Source: a bacterium (GTDB lineage Bacteria; UBA8248). From it: a DNA stretch of 64,000 bases. The notes below the pieces were generated by a model. That model worked only from the letters and a program-made list of their open reading frames with translations, did no database searches and had not been told where the DNA came from. Both the position numbers and the translations under genes were made by a program. Each line of letters opens with the position of its first letter. The first letter of the stretch is position 1. Location of the stretch: positions 736,001 through 800,000 of the forward strand of contig OZ253442.1 of assembly GCA_965261085.1 (NCBI GenBank). The letters are read 5' to 3'. Of this stretch, positions 58,702-64,000 are shown piece by piece.

Positions 58702-59559
58702 CTAAAAATCCTCGGGTGACCAACTGTCGCGGAGCCTTTCTCCTTCATCGCATGGAGGAGATGTCCTGCGAACAAGAGGAAAAACCGAGCGAATTTTCGA
58801 GAGAGCCGATACGGCGTTCTCATCATTCTTTGGGGTAATCCCCACGATCTCCATGACCAGCTTCTTCCGTATGGCCCGCGCGAATGATTTGAAATCCTCG
58901 GCAACGACGATGAATGCTCTTGGGCCTCCAATGACGCAATTTCGGTAATACAAATCCAGGTTGGGCATGGGCGGGCGGCCCCACCTGCTGAGGCGATCAT
59001 TGATGATGGGGAGACCGTTGATCGTTAGACCCGCCCGGATGGCTTTATCCCGGGCAATCGTTACAAGGGGACCGCTGTTGTTTGGGCCATCGCCAGAAAT
59101 GTCGATGACTTGTCTCGGCCCCTCGAAATCGTTTTTTTGAAACATGGGGATGGCGTATTCGATGGCCCCGGCGATCGAGGTTCTTCTACCACTGCCTGGT
59201 GAGCCGGCGGCGAGGGCGGACGAAAATATCCGGGCGCTTTCTAAATCGTGAATGACTCTCCAGGGTACGATCACAAACTGCAAATCGTACCTGGCCCACT
59301 CAAAATAGGACACCGCAATTCTTTTGTGATAGCCGGACCGAATGGCGGAGATAACCTCTGGCGAAGTAAGAGCGTCAATATATCCTTTCCGCTGGAGCTT
59401 GGCTTCTTCCTCATCGATGCTTCCTGAAATGTCGACGGCAAGGATAAGTTCGAGATCAACTTTTCGAGTCTGGGAATAAGCCGGCGAGAACGGCCCAAGG
59501 AGGCCAACCAGAATAAATGACCCCAAAAGGAAGATGTGAAAAGCCCGAAAAGAATGCAT
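58702..59559 (-). CDS. DUF1194 (vWA-like) secreted protein
   Basis: Signal peptide; LAVDISGS MIDAS, IDISGDGPNN, INGLPI, VIGGP. Confidence 0.9.
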   Translation of the reverse strand: MHSFRAFHIFLLGSFILVGLLGPFSPAYSQTRKVDLELILAVDISGSIDEEEAKLQRKGYIDALTSPEVISAIRSGYHKRIAVSYFEWARYDLQFVIVPWRVIHDLESARIFSSALAAGSPGSGRRTSIAGAIEYAIPMFQKNDFEGPRQVIDISGDGPNNSGPLVTIARDKAIRAGLTINGLPIINDRLSRWGRPPMPNLDLYYRNCVIGGPRAFIVVAEDFKSFARAIRKKLVMEIVGITPKNDENAVSALSKIRSVFPLVRRTSPPCDEGERLRDSWSPEDF

Positions 59560-59680
59560 GAAGGTTCCTGCTGTTAAGTGTCCATTGTGAATGAATCATC
59601 TTAACTTGAATTCAAGTGTTTTGTCGTCTTGCGCCTGAACATCAGCCCTCTAATGCTTTCCAGCCATCTCCGGTAGCCCG

Positions 59681-61039
59681 TCAGGCCAGTAGGGACATGA
59701 GCGGGCGCACGCTCTCCTGCTCTTCCAGGGAAGTCAGAATCACCAGCGCTTCGGCTGTTTTATCCCGCCCGAAGTTTCGCTCGGCGCAGTCCCGGAACTT
59801 TCCGTGAACTTCATCTTTCGTGAGCGGGCAAGTGGCGTTGCCGCGCGATTTCGTCCCGGTTTTCCGGAAAATATCTCCGCCCTTCGTACGGACGGTCACC
59901 GTGGCGGGCCGGGCGGCGCCTTGCTTCCAATCGGGCGCTTCCGCGAGGTGGACGCGCACCTTCTTCATCATGGCCTGCGCCGCAGGATCGTTCACGGCCT
60001 CGTCCGTAAAGGTGTCGAGGCGAAGCTCCCGGTCCATGAGCATTCGCGACAGGGTGTACGGGGCGGAGAACTTCCCCTGCAGACCCGTCTTCGGGTGGTT
60101 GTAGCTCAGGTTCATCATGTTGGGCTTCATGAGATCGATATCAATCCGCTCCACATCGTCGGTGGTGATATCCTTTTCGTCGATCAACTCGCGCAGCGCG
60201 TCAATCGACGGATGGGCCGACATGCAGCAGGGATAGGGTTTCAGGTTGTTTCCCGGCGTTTCGAGAACGTAGGGGTCGCCCAGCCGCTCCACAATCTCGT
60301 CGAGGCGGAAGTTTCCTTTACCGGAGAAGGATTCGCAGTAGCCGTTCTGCGCCTCCAGAATTTTCGTGCTCGAGGTGATGCCCAGCCCCGAGAAGTCGGC
60401 GGCGCGCACACCCGCCTCCGCCGCAAGTCCCGCGTGGAGGGGCTTTGTCATGGTGCCGAAATTGGCGCGGACGCCCGAAGCCTGGGAGGCGGCGATTCCC
60501 AGCGCGAGGCGTGTCTGATCGATGCCGAACCCCCGGAGGCGGGAGGCCGCCGCCGCCGCGCCCATCGCGCCGAGCGTGCTCGTCGGGTGCCAGCCGTTGT
60601 TGTAGAGGCCCATGTTCATTCCGCTCCCGAGCTTGGAGGAAATCTCGAAGCCAATCACATAGGCCTCCACGAGTTCCCGGCCCGACGCGCCGAGCGCCTC
60701 CGCCTCGGCCAGGACAGCGGGGAGCACTACCACGCTCGCGTGGCCGTACAGCAGCCAGTTCGAATCGTCGAAATCGAGCGCGTGCCCGAGGGCGCCGTTG
60801 GCGAGAGCGGCGAGGGACGTGCTTGTCTTGAGGGCGCTTCCGACCACGGTCGCGTCCGGAGGGCCTCCCGCCGCGCTGACGTAGCGGACGATGCTCGACG
60901 CCACAGGCTCACCGACGGCGGCGGCCATCACCCCCACCGTATCGAGAATGGCGGTTTTGGCCGCCGTGATTACCAACTCCGGCATCTCTTCGAAGCGCGC
61001 TTCGGCGATGAAACGCGCCATCCGTTCTGTGGCGCTCAT
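59681..61039 (-). CDS. MmgE/PrpD family protein
   Basis: HALDFDD, GWHPT, TMTKPLHAG, KPYPCC and KFSAPY motifs. Confidence 0.93.
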   Translation of the reverse strand: MSATERMARFIAEARFEEMPELVITAAKTAILDTVGVMAAAVGEPVASSIVRYVSAAGGPPDATVVGSALKTSTSLAALANGALGHALDFDDSNWLLYGHASVVVLPAVLAEAEALGASGRELVEAYVIGFEISSKLGSGMNMGLYNNGWHPTSTLGAMGAAAAASRLRGFGIDQTRLALGIAASQASGVRANFGTMTKPLHAGLAAEAGVRAADFSGLGITSSTKILEAQNGYCESFSGKGNFRLDEIVERLGDPYVLETPGNNLKPYPCCMSAHPSIDALRELIDEKDITTDDVERIDIDLMKPNMMNLSYNHPKTGLQGKFSAPYTLSRMLMDRELRLDTFTDEAVNDPAAQAMMKKVRVHLAEAPDWKQGAARPATVTVRTKGGDIFRKTGTKSRGNATCPLTKDEVHGKFRDCAERNFGRDKTAEALVILTSLEEQESVRPLMSLLA

Positions 61040-61334
61040 GAGAACCCTCCTGATCCCTCCGCCGTGCCGGGAGGGAATGAGATTGTGTGTCCGATGACGG
61101 AAGCCTAAATTATCCGGCATCCGGTGTAAAGTTTTTCGAATGGATGAAAAAAGGGTTGGCATGATCATCGATCACCACGTGCCGGAGGGCGTCATGGATG
61201 ATCTGCTTGCAGGGCGCTTCGGCTTCTCGGTAAGCGTCGAGCCGGGAGAGGAGGATGGAAGAGTTCAGCTCCCGCATGAAGATCATGAACAGCGGAGTCG
61301 CCACCAATTCGTCTTGGTTCCTCCGTACTGGCTG

Positions 61335-62228
61335 CTACCAGATGATCAGCATGGCGGTTCCGGCCACAACCGCTCCCGCTCCCGCCGCAACGCGCGCATT
61401 CACCGCCTCATGCGCCTGGAGAAACAGCCAGGAGATGAGGACGACGAACAATGACCTCGACTGCGCCAGCGGCGACACGAAGATTAACGGCGCGTTCGCC
61501 AGGGCCAGATATGTAAAGGTAACTCCCATGCTTGCGCATGAACCCGCCAGAAACAAGAGTCCCCATGTCCGGGGAGACCATCTTCTGATCTCGGTTCTGG
61601 CCCCCTTCCCTTTCAGGAGCGGGAAATAGACCAGGACGGCGATGGTGTTGGCGTACAGGTTCGCGTAATTCGGAGAAGCAAAGCCCACCACCACCGTTTT
61701 AGCCATCGCCGTGGCCATTCCGAAGCTGAGTCCACTGAGCAGCGCCAGCCCCACCCCCAGGACGAAGTCTTTCATCGCCCCGCCGGAAACTTCGCCGCCC
61801 CGGCTCCGGGTGAGGAGAACGCACCCGAGAATGACCAACACGGCGCCCCCGCCTGACAGGAGTGTAAGTTCCTCTCCCAGGAAAAAGATTCCGAGCAAAA
61901 TCGCGAAAAACGTATTCGTCGAACCCAGGGAACTTGCGCGCGCCGAGCCGATGCGCTTCATGGCCGAGAAGAGGAACGTGCGGGCGAGCACGATTCGCAA
62001 TATTCCGGCCAGGGCAATGGCCCCGAGGGGCCACCCACCCACAAAAGGGGAGGAAGTAAAATCCCCGCGGAACAGGGAAACCGCCACGAGAACCGGCAGG
62101 CCGAGAAACGCCGTGGCTCCCGTCCCCACCACCGGGTCGACCCCGCGCATGGCCATGCGGCCGAAGATGTCTCGGAGCGCAAGCAGGAGCGCGGAGGTGA
62201 GGGAGACCGCCACAACGAATTCTTTCAT
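61335..62228 (-). CDS. EamA/DMT family transporter
   Basis: About 10 TM; FFLGEEL. Confidence 0.85.
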   Translation of the reverse strand: MKEFVVAVSLTSALLLALRDIFGRMAMRGVDPVVGTGATAFLGLPVLVAVSLFRGDFTSSPFVGGWPLGAIALAGILRIVLARTFLFSAMKRIGSARASSLGSTNTFFAILLGIFFLGEELTLLSGGGAVLVILGCVLLTRSRGGEVSGGAMKDFVLGVGLALLSGLSFGMATAMAKTVVVGFASPNYANLYANTIAVLVYFPLLKGKGARTEIRRWSPRTWGLLFLAGSCASMGVTFTYLALANAPLIFVSPLAQSRSLFVVLISWLFLQAHEAVNARVAAGAGAVVAGTAMLIIW

Positions 62229-62527
62229 CGTCTCTTCGCCGATTCACGGCCCTTCATCTCGGCCTAGGAGGTGTGAATATGAAATTGGGGATTCAGGTTA
62301 TCCCGGATGATCTAATTGGTAAAGGAACCGATTGAGAACCCCAGGCAAGAATGTGGGTGAGCTTCCCCCCCCAAAACAGTCATCAATTCCCTGAGTCGTC
62401 AGCCTGTTTGTACAAGGATATGTCGAAAATGAGCTATGCCCGAAAGTGGGTGATGGGCTGATCAGGCGGTGGCCGGAATGGCCGCCGTCGCGCTGGGCCG
62501 CTGAGGCGCAGAACCCCCTGAAGCCTG

Positions 62528-62595
62528 CCCCGAAACGCTCGTTTTATTTATCGAAAAACACCGTGAAAACACCGTGAATTTATCGATATTTTCAG
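62528..62595 (+). repeat. TTTATCGA double-box repeat, copy C
   Basis: CCCCGAAACGCTCGTTTTATTTATCGAAAAAC identical to 51601; internal AAACACCGTGAA duplication. Confidence 0.78.
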
Positions 62596-62697
62596 TAAAT
62601 ATAATTATTTGCATTGTTTTTCGTCCTCGGTCGAATTTACGCGAAGGCCTTCCCTTCGCGAGGCGTATTCTGCCGCATCCCGAAAAGACCCGATAAC

Positions 62698-62727
62698 GGC
62701 AAATGCGGGCAAATGCGGGCAAATGCG
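62698..62727 (+). repeat. 10-bp tandem repeat x3
   Basis: (GGCAAATGCG)3. Confidence 0.75.
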
Positions 62728-62756
62728 CGTGAGGCCAATCCCTACGATTCTCCCCC

Positions 62757-62780
62757 GTAGGGACGCTTCGTGAAGCGCCC
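62757..62780 (+). repeat. GTAG-family REP-like element
   Basis: GTAG followed by hairpin GGACGCTTC-GT-GAAGCGCCC. Confidence 0.55.
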
Positions 62781-62836
62781 GCTTTAATCAATGATGGATC
62801 GGCCGTTCGCCTTTTCTCGCTAAAACCGTGAAACCT

Positions 62837-63478
62837 TTATTCAGCCTTTCCCGGCTCGTAGCTCACCAACTCCCTTTGGCCATCTCTTAATCTAGTCTTG
62901 TGTTCCCACTTATAAAGCACATTCATCTTGATAACGGGAGAAATATGGTATTCTCTTTTGATGTTCGCACTATCGCAGGCGACACGATAAGTATCGAAAC
63001 TGCCTGCGGGCACACTGACTCGAACCTGTCCCGTAACTTCACAACTCATTTGCCCACTCCAGCTTCTGCCCGAATCTGTTGACCCTTCGTAGTCGTATTT
63101 CCACTTGTTGCCGACAGCCAGAGGCCAGATTTTACCTTCGATCGACTTTATCGTCCCGCGTCCGTTAGAGCGGCGTCTGCCGCAATTTTCCCATTTGAGG
63201 TATTGCGCCAGGAATTCATGGTGCGCCCTTGTAGCAGTACACCCGTAACTCGTCTTGTAGTTCGCCGTGGTTTCATCCACTCCTACGATTGTCTCGGAGT
63301 ATTTTCTCCCGTCCGATTCTTTCCAGGTTCTTGTAGCGCCGACCTGCGGTATGGGTCTCGGCATGGGTGCAAGAGTAGCCGAGGCGGGCTTGGATTCAGC
63401 CGCCGCCGCCGATTGAGTATGGCCCATATCTCCAATCGCGAATATGAACGTCAGGCTTGCGATGATGATAAGTTTCAT
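62837..63478 (-). CDS. secreted beta-rich hypothetical protein
   Basis: Signal peptide MKLIIIASL.. with AAGGAG RBS; IWPLAVGNKW and VSVPAGSFDTYRV motifs. Confidence 0.75.
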   Translation of the reverse strand: MKLIIIASLTFIFAIGDMGHTQSAAAAESKPASATLAPMPRPIPQVGATRTWKESDGRKYSETIVGVDETTANYKTSYGCTATRAHHEFLAQYLKWENCGRRRSNGRGTIKSIEGKIWPLAVGNKWKYDYEGSTDSGRSWSGQMSCEVTGQVRVSVPAGSFDTYRVACDSANIKREYHISPVIKMNVLYKWEHKTRLRDGQRELVSYEPGKAE

Positions 63479-63774
63479 GGGGCGACTCCTTTCTTGAGTG
63501 AATCCCGGACCGGGCAAGGCGGCGTCCCGGGGACGAATCGACTCGTTGTCCGCCGTCGTGATTGCGGGCTGCATTGCGAAGCCTCTCATGGTCGAACCTC
63601 CTCCCCGTTTGCGGAGCATGTTGGCCGTATGCGCATCTCCACCATTTCCGCTTGAATGCCCACCGGCCCCCGCTCGCGTGAGCCTCGCCGCCCCCGGCGC
63701 GAAGCCGGAGGCGGCGAGAGGGGGTGGCCCGCCGCGTGATGGGTCCGGGGAATGGGCGGCGGGCTTGCGCTCAA

Positions 63775-64000
63775 CTACTGCTTATACGCCCCGAAGGAGC
63801 CGAGGATGCTTCGGAGGTTATCCGACGAATTGGCGCCGAACGTCCCGGCTATGGAGCCGGGTTGCTCGGTCGCGCCTGCGCCGTTGCCGTAGAATTTGGC
63901 GGCCCACTTGCCGGAGTAGCCGCCGCCGCTCGTCTCGCCGTCGAAATTCCCGCCGCTGAAGCTGTTGGTGATATCGGCGGAGCCGAGCGTCAGGCTTGGC
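63775..64000 (-). CDS. C-terminus of a transferrin-binding protein B-like beta-barrel surface protein (partial)
   Basis: Translated by hand: ...GYSGKWAAKFYGNG...PGSIAGTFGA...ILGSFGAYKQ*; enters from the window end. Confidence 0.75.
   Translation of the reverse strand, partial: PSLTLGSADITNSFSGGNFDGETSGGGYSGKWAAKFYGNGAGATEQPGSIAGTFGANSSDNLRSILGSFGAYKQ

Noticed and set aside
1-64000. tRNA, rRNA, tRNA-Sec or known riboswitches
   Set aside because: None recognised by eye; a tRNAscan-SE or Infernal run would be needed to exclude them.

Overview
A GC-rich bacterial chromosomal window. Housekeeping and transport genes (Na+:solute symporter, TAXI-TRAP, tandem-domain ThyX, RND efflux, queG, gatA/gatB, DacZ-like diadenylate cyclase, DegP, EamA transporters, catabolic enzymes) alternate with lower-GC accessory islands: Panacea, DUF433/PIN and HicBA toxin-antitoxin pairs, a DUF1828/DUF6978-like pair, an ATPase plus DUF3226-like pair, and a type ISP restriction-modification remnant. 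There are three near-identical 1522-bp IS1182-family copies and one diverged, truncated copy. Signals not explained by the ORF track: (1) two tandem ~100-nt structured units (period 180 bp) at 29969-30248, each closed by a perfect 15-bp inverted repeat, with a conserved small hairpin and a sequence-variable long hairpin; (2) an AhpD/CMD-like gene split by an in-frame TGA in a CxxU motif and followed by a SECIS-like hairpin (probable selenoprotein); (3) repeated IS1182 insertion into the loop of a dispersed hairpin repeat, including a probable composite unit bounded by TCCTC duplications; (4) several dispersed non-coding repeat families and decayed genes. All family assignments come from motif recognition by eye; no database search or folding program was run.
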